Assembly: GCA_964057225.1 (NCBI GenBank) | Contig: OZ059900.1 | Coordinates: 23,312,001-23,376,000 of the forward strand | DNA: 64,000 nucleotides | From: Auanema rhodensis | Lineage: Eukaryota > Animalia > Nematoda | Reading direction: 5' to 3' | In this document: piece after piece, positions 1 through 12,800 of the stretch | How the letters are laid out: the number at the start of each line of letters is the position of its first letter | Numbering within the stretch: position 1 is the first letter of the stretch | Translations under genes and position numbers: made by a program | The notes under the pieces: model-generated | Seen by the model: only the letters and a program-made list of their open reading frames with translations | The model's database searches: none | Told to the model about the DNA's origin: nothing

Positions 1-1421
1 AAGCATTTTACATGCTGAACACTAGAAAAATACAAAAACACAGTATTTCCCATGAGAAATATTTTATTATGCTGGAAAACCAGTTTTTGGAAATTTCGCT
101 GTAAACAAGGTTTTGACTTACGATTTCATGTGTTCAAACTCATGCAATGTCAATGAAACCTAGTTCAAAATTGTTCGTACAACGTCTAGTTCCACTTTCA
201 CGACAAAAAAACAGGGGTTAAAAAAAACAGGGGTTAGAAAATTAAGGAAATTAGCATATTCTGAGGGCACGCCCCTTATGGCTAATATTGATTAAATCGA
301 TTTTTGTTCATATGAGTCGTCAAATGCAGCGAATTTCAGCTTGTTACATACTAAAATGAAGCATTTTACATGCTGAACACTAGAAAAATACAAAAACACA
401 GTATTTCCCATGAGAAATATTTTATTATGCTGGAAAACCAGTTTTTGGAAATTTCGCTGTAAACAAGGTTTTGACTTACGATTTCATGTGTTCAAACTCA
501 TGCAATGTCAATGAAACCTAGCTCAAAATTGTTCGTACAACGTCTAGTTCCACTTTCACGACAAAAAAACAGGGGTTAGAAAATTAAGGAAATTAGCATA
601 TTCTGAGGGCACGCCCCTTAAGGCTAATATTGATTAAATCGATTTTTGTTCATATGAGTCGTCAAATGCAACGAATTTCAGCGTGTTACATACTAAAATG
701 AAGCATTTTACATGCTGAACACTAGAAAAATACAAAAACACAGTATTTCCCATGAGAAATATTTTATTATGCTGGAAAACCAGTTTTTGGAAATTTCGCT
801 GTAAACAAGGTTTTGACTTACGATTTCATGTGTTCAAACTCATGCAATGTCAATGAAACCTAGCTTAAAATTGTTCGTACAACGTCTAGTTCCACTTTCA
901 CGACAAAAAAACAGGGGTTAGAAAATTAAGGAAATTAGCATATTCTGAGGGCACGCCCCTTATGGCTAATATTGATTAAATCGACTTTTGTTCATATGAG
1001 TCGTCAAATGCAACGAATTTCAGCGTGTTACATACTAAAATGAAGCATTTTACATGCTGAACACTGAAAAAATACAAAAACACAGTATTTCCCATGAGAA
1101 ATATTTTATTATGCTGGAAAACCAGTTTTTGGAAATTTCGCTGTAAACAAGGTTTTGACTTACGATTTCATGTGTTCAAACTCATGCAATGTCAACGAAA
1201 CCTAGCTCAAAATTGTTCGTACAACGTCTAGTTCCACTTTCACGACAAAAAAACAGGGGTTAGAAAATTAAGGAAATTAGCATATTCTGAGGGCACGCCC
1301 CTTATGGCTAATATTGATTAAATCGATTTTTGTTCATATGAGTCGTCAAATGCAACGAATTTCAGCGTGTTACATACTAAAATGAAGCATTTTACATGCT
1401 GAACACTAGAAAAATACAAAA
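1..1421 (+). repeat. Satellite block 1, + orientation, about 4 monomers, continues beyond the window's left edge
   Basis: Monomers start at 1, 359, 701, 1043 and 1385. The last is truncated at monomer position 37 (...GAAAAATACAAAA). Confidence 0.98.
205..236 (+). repeat. 16-bp direct duplication (AAAAAAACAGGGGTTA x2) giving a 358-bp monomer
   Basis: 201-240 reads CGAC AAAAAAACAGGGGTTA AAAAAAACAGGGGTTA GAAA. The first monomer spans 1-358 instead of 342 bp. Confidence 0.97.
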
Positions 1422-2407
1422 TTGACATTGCATGAGTTTGAACACATGAAATCGTAAGTCAAAACCTTGTTTACAGCGAAATTTCCAAAAACTGGTTTTC
1501 CAGCATAATAAAATATTTCTCGTGGGAAATACTGTGTTTTTGTATTTTTCTAGTGTTCAGCATGTAAAATGCTTCATTTTAGTATGTAACACGCTGAAAT
1601 TCGTTGCATTTGACGACTCATATGAACAAAAATCGATTTAATCAATATTAGCCATAAGGGGCGTGCCCTCAGAATATGCTAATTTCCTTAATTTTCTAAC
1701 CCCTGTTTTTTTGTCGTGAAAGTGGAACTAGACGTTGTACGAACAATTTTGAGCTAGGTTTCGTTGACATTGCATGAGTTTGAACACATGAAATCGTAAG
1801 TCAAAACCTTGTTTACAGCGAAATTTCCAAAAACTGGTTTTCCAGCATAATAAAATATTTCTCATGGGAAATACTGTGTTTTTGTATTTTTTCAGTGTTC
1901 AGCATGTAAAATGCTTCATTTTAGTATGTAACACGCTGAAATTCGTTGCATTTGACGACTCATATGAACAAAAGTCGATTTAATCAATATTAGCCATAAG
2001 GGGCGTGCCCTCAGAATATGCTAATTTCCTTAATTTTCTAACCCCTGTTTTTTTGTCGTGAAAGTGGAACTAGACGTTGTACGAACAATTTTAAGCTAGG
2101 TTTCATTGACATTGCATGAGTTTGAACACATGAAATCGTAAGTCAAAACCTTGTTTACAGCGAAATTTCCAAAAACTGGTTTTCCAGCATAATAAAATAT
2201 TTCTCATGGGAAATACTGTGTTTTTGTATTTTTCTAGTGTTCAGCATGTAAAATGCTTCATTTTAGTATGTAACACGCTGAAATTCGTTGCATTTGACGA
2301 CTCATATGAACAAAAATCGATTTAATCAATATTAGCCTTAAGGGGCGTGCCCTCAGAATATGCTAATTTCCTTAATTTTCTAACCCCTGTTTTTTTGTCG
2401 TGAAAGT
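552..2407. repeat. Long inverted repeat: arms about 552-1421 and 1538-2407, spacer 1422-1537
   Basis: Rare variants are mirrored with coordinate sum 2959: 621/2338, 866/2093, 985/1974, 1066-1067/1893-1892 and 1196/1763. The first asymmetry is 551/2408. Confidence 0.93.
1415..1430. other. Orientation-switch junction 1 (+ to -)
   Basis: ...ATACAAA-A-TTGACATTGCATG... joins + monomer position 37 to - monomer position 154. One shared base (A1421), no inserted sequence. Confidence 0.97.
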
Positions 2408-5400
2408 AGAACTAGACGTTGTACGAACAATTTTGAGCTAGGTTTCGTTGACATTGCATGAGTTTGAACACATGAAATCGTAAGTCAAAACCTTGTTTAC
2501 AGCGAAATTTCCAAAAACTGGTTTTCCAGCATAATAAAATATTTCTCATGGGAAATACTGTGTTTTTGTATTTTTCCAGTGTTCAGCATGTAAAATGCTT
2601 CATTTTAGTATGTAACACGCTGAAATTCGTTGCATTTGACGACTCATATGAACAAAAATCGATTTAATCAATATTAGCCATAAGGGGCGTGCCCTCAGAA
2701 TATGCTAATTTCCTTAATTTTCTAACCCCTGTTTTTTTGTCGTGAAAGTGGAACTAGACGTTGTACGAACAATTTTGAGCTAGGTTTCGTTGACATTGCA
2801 TGAGTTTGAACACATGAAATCGTAAGTCAAAACCTTGTTTACAGCGAAATTTCCAAAAACTGGTTTTCCAGCATAATAAAATATTTCTCATGGGAAATAC
2901 TGTGTTTTTGTATTTTTCCAGTGTTCAGCATGTAAAATGCTTCATTTTAGTATGTAACACGCTGAAATTCGTTGCATTTGACGACTCATATGAACAAAAA
3001 TCGATTTAATCAATATTAGCCATAAGGGGCGTGCCCTCAGAATATGCTAATTTCCTTAATTTTCTAACCCCTGTTTTTTTGTCGTGAAAGTGGAACTAGA
3101 CGTTGTACGAACAATTTTGAGCTAGGTTTCATTGACATTGCATGAGTTTGAACACATGAAATCGTAAGTCAAAACCTTGTTTACAGCGAAATTTCCAAAA
3201 ACTGGTTTTCCAGCATAATAAAATATTTCTCATGGGAAATACTGTGTTTTTGTATTTTTCTAGTGTTCAGCATGTAAAATGCTTCATTTTAGTATGTAAC
3301 ACGCTGAAATTCGTTGCATTTGACGACTCATATGAACAAAAATCGATTTAATCAATATTAGCCATAAGGGGCGTGCCCTCAGAATATGCTAATTTCCTTA
3401 ATTTTCTAACCCCTGTTTTTTTGTCGTGAAAGTGGAACTAGACGTTGTACGAACAATTTTGAGCTAGGTTTCATTGACATTGCATGAGTTTGAACACATG
3501 AAATCGTAAGTCAAAACCTTGTTTACAGCGAAATTTCCAAAAACTGGTTTTCCAGCATAATAAAATATTTCTCATGGGAAATACTGTGTTTTTGTATTTT
3601 TCTAGTGTTCAACATGTAAAATGCTTCATTTTAGTATGTAACACGCTAAAATTCGTTGCATTTGACGACTCATATGAACAAAAATCGATTTAATCAATAT
3701 TAGCCATAAGGGGCGTGCCCTCAGAATATGCTAATTTCCCTAATTTTCTAACCCCTGTTTTTTTGTCGTGAAAGTGGAACTAGACGTTGTACGAACAATT
3801 TTGAGCTAGGTTTCGTTGACATTGCATGAGTTTGAACACATGAAATCGTAAGTCAAAACCTTGTTTACAGCGAAATTTCCAAAAACTGGTTTTCCAGCAT
3901 AATAAAATATTTCTCATGGGAAATACTGTGTTTTTGTATTTTTCTAGTGTTCAGCATGTAAAATGTTTCATTTTAGTATGTAACAAGCTGAAATTCGCTG
4001 CATTTGACGACTCATATGAACAAAAATCGATTTAATCAATATTAGCCATAAGGGGCGTGCCCTCAGAATATGCTAATTTCCTTAATTTTCTAACCCCTGT
4101 TTTTTTGTCGTGAAAGTGGAACTAGACGTTGTACGAACAATTTTGAGCTAGGTTTCATTGACATTGCATGAGTTTGAACACATGAAATCGTAAGTCAAAA
4201 CCTTGTTTACAGCGAAATTTCCAAAAACTGGTTTTCCAGCATAATAAAATATTTCTCATGGGAAATACTGTGTTTTTGTATTTTTCTAGTGTTCAGCATG
4301 TAAAATGCTTCATTTTAGTATGTAACACGCTAAAATTCGTTGCATTTGACGACTCATATGAACAAAAATCGATTTAATCAATATTAGCCATAAGGGGCGT
4401 GCCCTCAGAATATGCTAATTTCCCTAATTTTCTAACCCCTGTTTTTTTGTCGTGAAAGTGGAACTAGACGTTGTACGAACAATTTTGAGCTAGGTTTCAT
4501 TGACATTGCATGAGTTTGAACACATGAAATCGTAAGTCAAAACCTTGTTTAAAGCGAAATTTCCAAAAACTGGTTTTCCAGCATAATAAAATATTTCTCA
4601 TGGGAAATACTGTGTTTTTGTATTTTTCTAGTGTTCAGCATGTAAAATGCTTCATTTTAGTATGTAACACGCTGAAATTCGTTGCATTTGACGACTCATA
4701 TGAACAAAAATCGATTTAATCAATATTAGCCATAAGGGGCGTGCCCTCAGAATATGCTAATTTCCTTAATTTTCTAACCCCTGTTTTTTTGTCGTGAAAG
4801 TGGAACTACACGTTGTACGAACAATTTTGAGCTAGGTTTTATTGACATTGCATGAGTTTGAACACATGAAATCGTAAGTCAAAACCTTGTTTACAGCGAA
4901 ATTTCCAAAAACTGGTTTTCCAGCATAATAAAATATTTCTCGTGGGAAATACTGTGTTTTTGTATTTTTCTAGTGTTCAGCATGTAAAATGTTTCATTTT
5001 AGTATGTAACACGCTGAAATTCTTTGCATTTGACGACTCATATGAACAAAAATCGATTTAATCAATATTAGCCATAAGGGGCGTGCCCTCAGAATATGCT
5101 AATTTCCTTAATTTTCTAACCCCTGTTTTTTTGTCGTGAAAGTGGAACTAGACGTTGTACGAACAATTTTGAGCTAGGTTTCATTGACATTGCATGAGTT
5201 TGAACACATGAAATCGTAAGTCAAAACCTTGTTTACAGCGAAATTTCCAAAAACTGGTTTTCCAGCATAATAAAATATTTCTCATGGGAAATACTGTGTT
5301 TTTGTATTTTTCTAGTGTTCAGCATGTAAAATGCTTCATTTTAGTATGTAACACGCTGAAATTCGTTGCATTTGACGACTCATATGAACAAAAATCGATT

Positions 5401-6899
5401 TAATCAATATTAGCCATAAGAGGCGTGCCCTCAGAATATGCTAATTTCCTTAATTTTCTAACCCCTGTTTTTTTGTCGTGAAAGTCGAACTAGACGTTGT
5501 ACGAACAATTTTGAGCTAGGTTTCATTGACATTGCATGAGTTTGAACACATGAAATCGTAAGTCAAAACCTTGTTTACAGCGAAATTTCCAAAAACTGGT
5601 TTTCCAGCATAATAAAATATTTCTCGTGGGAAATACTGTGTTTTTGTATTTTTCTAGTGTTCAGCATGTAAAATGCTTCATTTTAGTATGTAACACGCTG
5701 AAATTCGTTGCATTTGACGACTCATATGAACAAAAATCGATTTAATCAATATTAGCCATAAGGGGCGTGCCCTCAGAATATGCTAATTTCCTTAATTTTC
5801 TAACCCCTGTTTTTTTGTCGTGAAAGTGGAACTAGACGTTGTACGAACAATTTTGAGCTAGGTTTCATTGACATTGCATGAGTTTGAACACATGAAATCG
5901 TAAGTCAAAACCTTGTTTACAGCGAAATTTCCAAAAACTGGTTTTCCAGCATAATAAAATATTTCTCATGGGAAATACTGTGTTTTTGTATTTTTCTAGT
6001 GTTCAGCATGTAAAATGCTTCATTTTAGTATGTAACACGCTGAAATTCGTTGCATTTGACGACTCATATGAACAAAAATCGATTTAATCAATATTAGCCA
6101 TAAGGGGCGTGCCCTCAGAATATGCTAATTTCCTTAATTTTCTAACCCCTGTTTTTTTGTCGTGAAAGTGGAACTAGACGTTGTACGAACAATTTTGAGC
6201 TAGGTTTCATTGACATTGCATGAGTTTGAACACATGAAATCGTAAGTCAAGACCTTGTTTACAGCGAAATTTCCAAAAACTGGTTTTCCAGCATAATAAA
6301 ATATTTCTCATGGGAAATACTGTGTTTTTGTATTTTTCTAGTGTTCAGCATGTAAAATGCTTCATTTTAGTATGTAACACGCTGAAATTCGTTGCATTTG
6401 ACGACTCATATGAACAAAAATCGATTTAATCAATATTAGCCATAAGGGGCGTGCCCTCAGAATATGCTAATTTCCTTAATTTTCTAACCCCTGTTTTTTT
6501 GTCGTGAAAGTGGAACTAGACGTTGTACGAACAATTTTGAGCTAGGTTTCATTGACATTGCATGAGTTTGAACACATGAAATCGTAAGTCAAAACCTTGT
6601 TTACAGCGAAATTTCCAAAAACTGGTTTTCCAGCATAATAAAATATTTCTCATGGGAAATACTGTGTTTTTGTATTTTTCTAGTGTTCAGCATGTAAAAT
6701 GCTTCATTTTAGTATGTAACACGCTGAAATTCGTTGCATTTGACGACTCATATGAACAAAAATCGATTTAATCAATATTAGCCATAAGGGGCGTGCCCTC
6801 AGAATATGCTAATTTCCTTAATTTTCTAACCCCTGTTTTTTTGTCGTGAAAGTGGAACTAGACGTTGTACGAACAATTTTGAGCTAGGTTTCATTGACA

Positions 6900-9800
6900 T
6901 TGCATGAGTTTGAACACATGAAATCGTAAGTCAAAACCTTGTTTACAGCGAAATTTCCAAAAACTGGTTTTCCAGCATAATAAAATATTTCTCATGGGAA
7001 ATACTGTGTTTTTGTATTTTTCTAGTGTTCAGCATGTAAAATGCTTCATTTTAGTATGTAACACGCTGAAATTCGTTACATTTGACGACTCATATGAACA
7101 AAAATCGATTTAATCAATATTAGCCATAAGGGGCGTGCCCTCAGAATATGCTAATTTCCTTAATTTTCTAACCCCTGTTTTTTTGTTGTGAAAGTGGAAC
7201 TAGACGTTGTACGAACAATTTTGAACTAGGTTTCATTGACATTGCATGAGTTTGAACACATGAAATCGTAAGTCAAAACCTTGTTTACAGCGAAATTTCC
7301 AAAAACTGGTTTTCCAGCATAATAAAATATTTCTCGTGGGAAATACTGTGTTTTTGTATTTTTCTAGTGTTCAGCATGTAAAATGGTTCATTTTAGTATG
7401 TAACACGCTGAAATTCGTTGCATTTGACGACTCATATGAACAAAAATCGATTTAATCAATATTAGCCATAAGAGGCGTGCCCTCAGAATATGCTTATTTC
7501 CTTAATTTTCTAACCCCTGTTTTTTTGTCGTGAAAGTCGAACTAGACGTTGTACGAACAATTTTGAGCTAGGTTTCATTGACATTGCATGAGTTTGAACA
7601 CATGAAATCGTAAGTCAAAACCTTGTTTACAGCGAAATTTCCAAAAACTGGTTTTCCAGCATAATAAAATATTTCTCATGGGAAATACTGTGTTTTTATA
7701 TTTTTCTAGTGTTCAGCATGTAAAATGCTTCATTTTAGTATGTAACACGCTGAAATTCGTTGCATTTGACGACTCATATGAACAAAAATCGATTTAATCA
7801 ATATTAGCCATAAGGGGCGTGCCCTCAGAATATGCTAATTTCCTTAATTTTCTAACCCCTGTTTTTTTGTCGTGAAAGTGGAACTAGACGTTGTACGAAC
7901 AATTTTGAGCTAGGTTTCATTGACATTGCATGAGTTTGAACACATGAAATCGTAAGTCAAAACCTTGTTTACAGCGAAATTTCCAAAAACTGGTTTTCCA
8001 GCATAATAAAATATTTCTCATGGGAAATACTGTGTTTTTGTATTTTTCTAGTGTTCAGCATGTAAAATGGTTCATTTTAGTATGTAACACGCTGAAATTC
8101 GTTGCATTTGACGACTCATATGAACAAAAATCGATTTAATCAATATTAGCCATAAGGGGCGTGCCCTCAGAATATGCTAATTTCCTTAATTTTCTAACCC
8201 CTGTTTTTTTGTTGTGAAAGTGGAACTAGACGTTGTACGAACAATTTTGAACTAGGTTTCATTGACATTGCATGAGTTTGAACACATGAAATCGTAAGTC
8301 AAAACCTTGTTTACAGCGAAATTTCCAAAAACTGGTTTTCCAGCATAATAAAATATTTCTCGTGGGAAATACTGTGTTTTTGTATTTTTCTAGTGTTCAG
8401 CATGTAAAATGGTTCATTTTAGTATGTAACACGCTGAAATTCGTTGCATTTGACGACTCATATGAACAAAAATCGATTTAATCAATATTAGCCATAAGAG
8501 GCGTGCCCTCAGAATATGCTTATTTCCTTAATTTTCTAACCCCTGTTTTTTTGTCGTGAAAGTCGAACTAGACGTTGTACGAACAATTTTGAGCTAGGTT
8601 TCATTGACATTGCATGAGTTTGAACACATGAAATCGTAAGTCAAAACCTTGTTTACAGCGAAATTTCCAAAAACTGGTTTTCCAGCATAATAAAATATTT
8701 CTCGTGGGAAATACTGTGTTTTTGTATTTTTCTAGTGTTCAGCATGTAAAATGCTTCATTTTAGTTTGTAACACGCTGAAATTCGTTGCATTTGACGACT
8801 CATATGAACAAAAATCGATTTAATCAATATTAGCCATAAGGGGCGTGCCCTCAGAATATGCTAATTTCCTTAATTTTCTAACCCCTGTTTTTTTGTCGTG
8901 AAAGTGGAACTAGACGTTGTACGAACAATTTTGAGCTAGGTTTCATTGACATTGCATGAGTTTGAACACATGAAATCGTAAGTCAAAACCTTGTTTACAG
9001 CGAAATTTCCAAAAACTGGTTTTCCAGCATAATAAAATATTTCTCATGGGAAATACTGTGTTTTTGTATTTTTCTAGTGTTGAGCATGTAAAATGCTTCA
9101 TTTTAGTATGTAACACGCTGAAATTCGTTGCATTTGACGACTCATATGAACAAAAATCGATTTAATCAATATTAGCCATAAGGGGCGTGCCCTCAGAATA
9201 TGCTAATTTCCTTAATTTTCTAACCCCTGTTTTTTTGTCGTGAAAGTGGAACTAGACGTTGTACGAACAATTTTGAGCTAGGTTTCATTGACATTGCATG
9301 AGTTTGAACACATGAAATCGTAAGTCAAAACCTTGTTTACAGCGAAATTTCCAAAAACTGGTTTTCCAGCATAATAAAATATTTCTCATGGGAAATACTG
9401 TGTTTTTATATTTTTCTAGTGTTCAGCATGTAAAATGCTTCATTTTAGTATGTAACACGCTGAAATTCGTTGCATTTGACGACTCATATGAACAAAAATC
9501 GATTTAATCAATATTAGCCATAAGGGGCGTGCCCTCAGAATATGCTAATTTCCTTAATTTTCTAACCCCTGTTTTTTTGTCGTGAAAGTGGAACTAGACG
9601 TTGTACGAACAATTTTGAGCTAGGTTTCATTGACATTGCATGAGTTTGAACACATGAAATCGTAAGTCAAAACCTTGTTTACAGCGAAATTTCCAAAAAC
9701 TGGTTTTCCAGCATAATAAAATATTTCTCATGGGAAATACTGTGTTTTTGTATTTTTCTAGTGTTCAGCATGTAAAATGCTTCATTTTAGTATGTAACAC

Positions 9801-12800
9801 GCTGAAATTCGTTGCATTTGACGACTCATATGAACAAAAATCGATTTAATCAATATTAGCCATAAGGGGCGTGCCCTCAGAATATGCTAATTTCCTTAAT
9901 TTTCTAACCCCTGTTTTTTTGTCGTGAAAGTGGAACTAGACGTTGTACGAATAATTTTGAGCTAGGTTTCATTGACATTGCATGAGTTTGAACACATGAA
10001 ATCGTAAGTCAAAACCTTGTTTACAGCGAAATTTCCAAAAACTGGTTTTCCAGCATAATAAAATATTTCTCATGGGAAATACTGTGTTTTTGTATTTTTC
10101 TAGTGTTCAGCATGTAAAATGCTTCATTTTAGTATGTAACACGCTGAAATTCGTTGCATTTGACGACTCATATGAACAAAAATCGATTTAATCAATATTA
10201 GCCATAAGGGGCGTGCCCTCAGAATATGCTAATTTCCTTAATTTTCTAACCCCTGTTTTTTTGTCGTGAAAGTGGAACTAGACGTTGTACGAACAATTTT
10301 GAGCTAGGTTTCATTGACATTGCATGAGTTTGAACACATGAAATCGTAAGTCAAAACCTTGTTTACAGCGAAATTTCCAAAAACTGGTTTTCCAGCATAA
10401 TAAAATATTTCTCATGGGAAATACTGTGTTTTTGTATTTTTCTAGTGTTCAGCATGTAAAATGCTTCATTTTAGTATGTAACACGCTGAAATTCGTTGCA
10501 TTTGACGACTCATATGAACAAAAATCGATTTAATCAATATTAGCCATAAGGGGCGTGCCCTCAGAATATGCTAATTTCCTTAATTTTCTAACCCCTGTTT
10601 TTTTGTCGTGAAAGTGGAACTAGACGTTGTACGAACAATTTTGAGCTAGGTTTCATTGACATTGCATGAGTTTGAACACATGAAATCGTAAGTCAAAACC
10701 TTGTTTACAGCGAAATTTCCAAAAACTGGTTTTCCAGCATAATAAAATATTTCTCATGGGAAATACTGTGTTTTTATATTTTTCTAGTGTTCAGCATGTA
10801 AAATGCTTCATTTTAGTATGTAACACGCTGAAATTCGTTGCATTTGACGACTCATATGAACAAAAATCGATTTAATCAATATTAGCCATAAGGGGCGTGC
10901 CCTCAGAATATGCTAATTTCCTTAATTTTCTAACCCCTGTTTTTTTGTCGTGAAAGTGGAACTAGACGTTGTACGAACAATTTTGAGCTAGGTTTCATTG
11001 ACATTGCATGAGTTTGAACACATGAAATCGTAAGTCAAAACCTTGTTTACAGCGAAATTTCCAAAAACTGGTTTTCCAGCATAATAAAATATTTCTCATG
11101 GGAAATACTGTGTTTTTGTATTTTTCTAGTGTTCAGCATGTAAAATGCTTCATTTTAGTATGTAACACGCTGAAATTCGTTGCATTTGACGACTCATATG
11201 AACAAAAATCGATTTAATCAATATTAGCCATAAGGGGCGTGCCCTCAGAATATGCTAATTTCCTTAATTTTCTAACCCCTGTTTTTTTGTCGTGAAAGTG
11301 GAACTAGACGTTGTACGAATAATTTTGAGCTAGGTTTCATTGACATTGCATGAGTTTGAACACATGAAATCGTAAGTCAAAACCTTGTTTACAGCGAAAT
11401 TTCCAAAAACTGGTTTTCCAGCATAATAAAATATTTCTCATGGGAAATACTGTGTTTTTGTATTTTTCTAGTGTTCAGCATGTAAAATGCTTCATTTTAG
11501 TATGTAACACGCTGAAATTCGTTGCATTTGACGACTCATATGAACAAAAATCGATTTAATCAATATTAGCCATAAGGGGCGTGCCCTCAGAATATGCTAA
11601 TTTCCTTAATTTTCTAACCCCTGTTTTTTTGTCGTGAAAGTGGAACTAGACGTTGTACGAACAATTTTGAGCTAGGTTTCATTGACATTGCATGAGTTTG
11701 AACACATGAAATCGTAAGTCAAAACCTTGTTTACAGCGAAATTTCCAAAAACTGGTTTTCCAGCATAATAAAATATTTCTCATGGGAAATACTGTGTTTT
11801 TGTATTTTTCTAGTGTTCAGCATGTAAAATGCTTCATTTTAGTATGTAACACGCTGAAATTCGTTGCATTTGACGACTCATATGAACAAAAATCGATTTA
11901 ATCAATATTAGCCATAAGGGGCGTGCCCTCAGAATATGCTAATTTCCTTAATTTTCTAACCCCTGTTTTTTTGTCGTGAAAGTGGAACTAGACGTTGTAC
12001 GAACAATTTTGAGCTAGGTTTCATTGACATTGCATGAGTTTGAACACATGAAATCGTAAGTCAAAACCTTGTTTACAGCGAAATTTCCAAAAACTGGTTT
12101 TCCAGCATAATAAAATATTTCTCATGGGAAATACTGTGTTTTTGTATTTTTCTAGTGTTCAGCATGTAAAATGCTTCATTTAAGTATGTAACACGCTGAA
12201 ATTCGTTGCATTTGACGACTCATATGAACAAAAATCGATTTAATCAATATTAGCCATAAGGGGCGTGCCCTCAGAATATGCTAATTTCCTTAATTTTCTA
12301 ACCCCTGTTTTTTTGTCGTGAAAGTGGAACTAGACGTTGTACGAACAATTTTGAGCTAGGTTTCATTGACATTGCATGAGTTTGAACACATGAAATCGTA
12401 AGTCAAAACCTTGTTTACAGCGAAATTTCCAAAAACTGGTTTTCCAGCATAATAAAATATTTCTCATGGGAAATACTGTGTTTTTATATTTTTCTAGTGT
12501 TCAGCATGTAAAATGCTTCATTTTAGTATGTAACACGCTGAAATTCGTTGCATTTGACGACTCATATGAACAAAAATCGATTTAATCAATATTAGCCATA
12601 AGGGGCGTGCCCTCAGAATATGCTAATTTCCTTAATTTTCTAACCCCTGTTTTTTTGTCGTGAAAGTGGAACTAGACGTTGTACGAACAATTTTGAACTA
12701 GGTTTCATTGACATTGCATGAGTTTGAACACATGAAATCGTAAGTCAAAACCTTGTTTACAGCGAAATTTCCAAAAACTGGTTTTCCAGCATAATAAAAT

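Noticed and set aside
712-804. Short ORF MLNTRKIQKHSISHEKYFIMLENQFLEISL* repeated in each monomer
   Set aside because: Only 30 codons, which is expected by chance. No recognisable motif or expression signals.
830-842. Pol III B-box, tRNA- or 5S-derived repeat (TGTTCAAACTC)
   Set aside because: Imperfect match to GTTCRANNC, no convincing A-box or cloverleaf, and no resemblance to 5S rRNA that I can recognise.
873-889. CENP-B box-like motif (GTTCGTACAACGTCTAG)
   Set aside because: It matches TTCG and the central A but lacks the essential CGGG of NTTCGNNNNANNCGGGN.
912-932. Telomere-like or G-quadruplex motif (CAGGGGTTAGAAAATTAAGG)
   Set aside because: A single GGGTTAG with no tandem telomeric repeats, and too few clustered G-runs on one strand for a canonical quadruplex.
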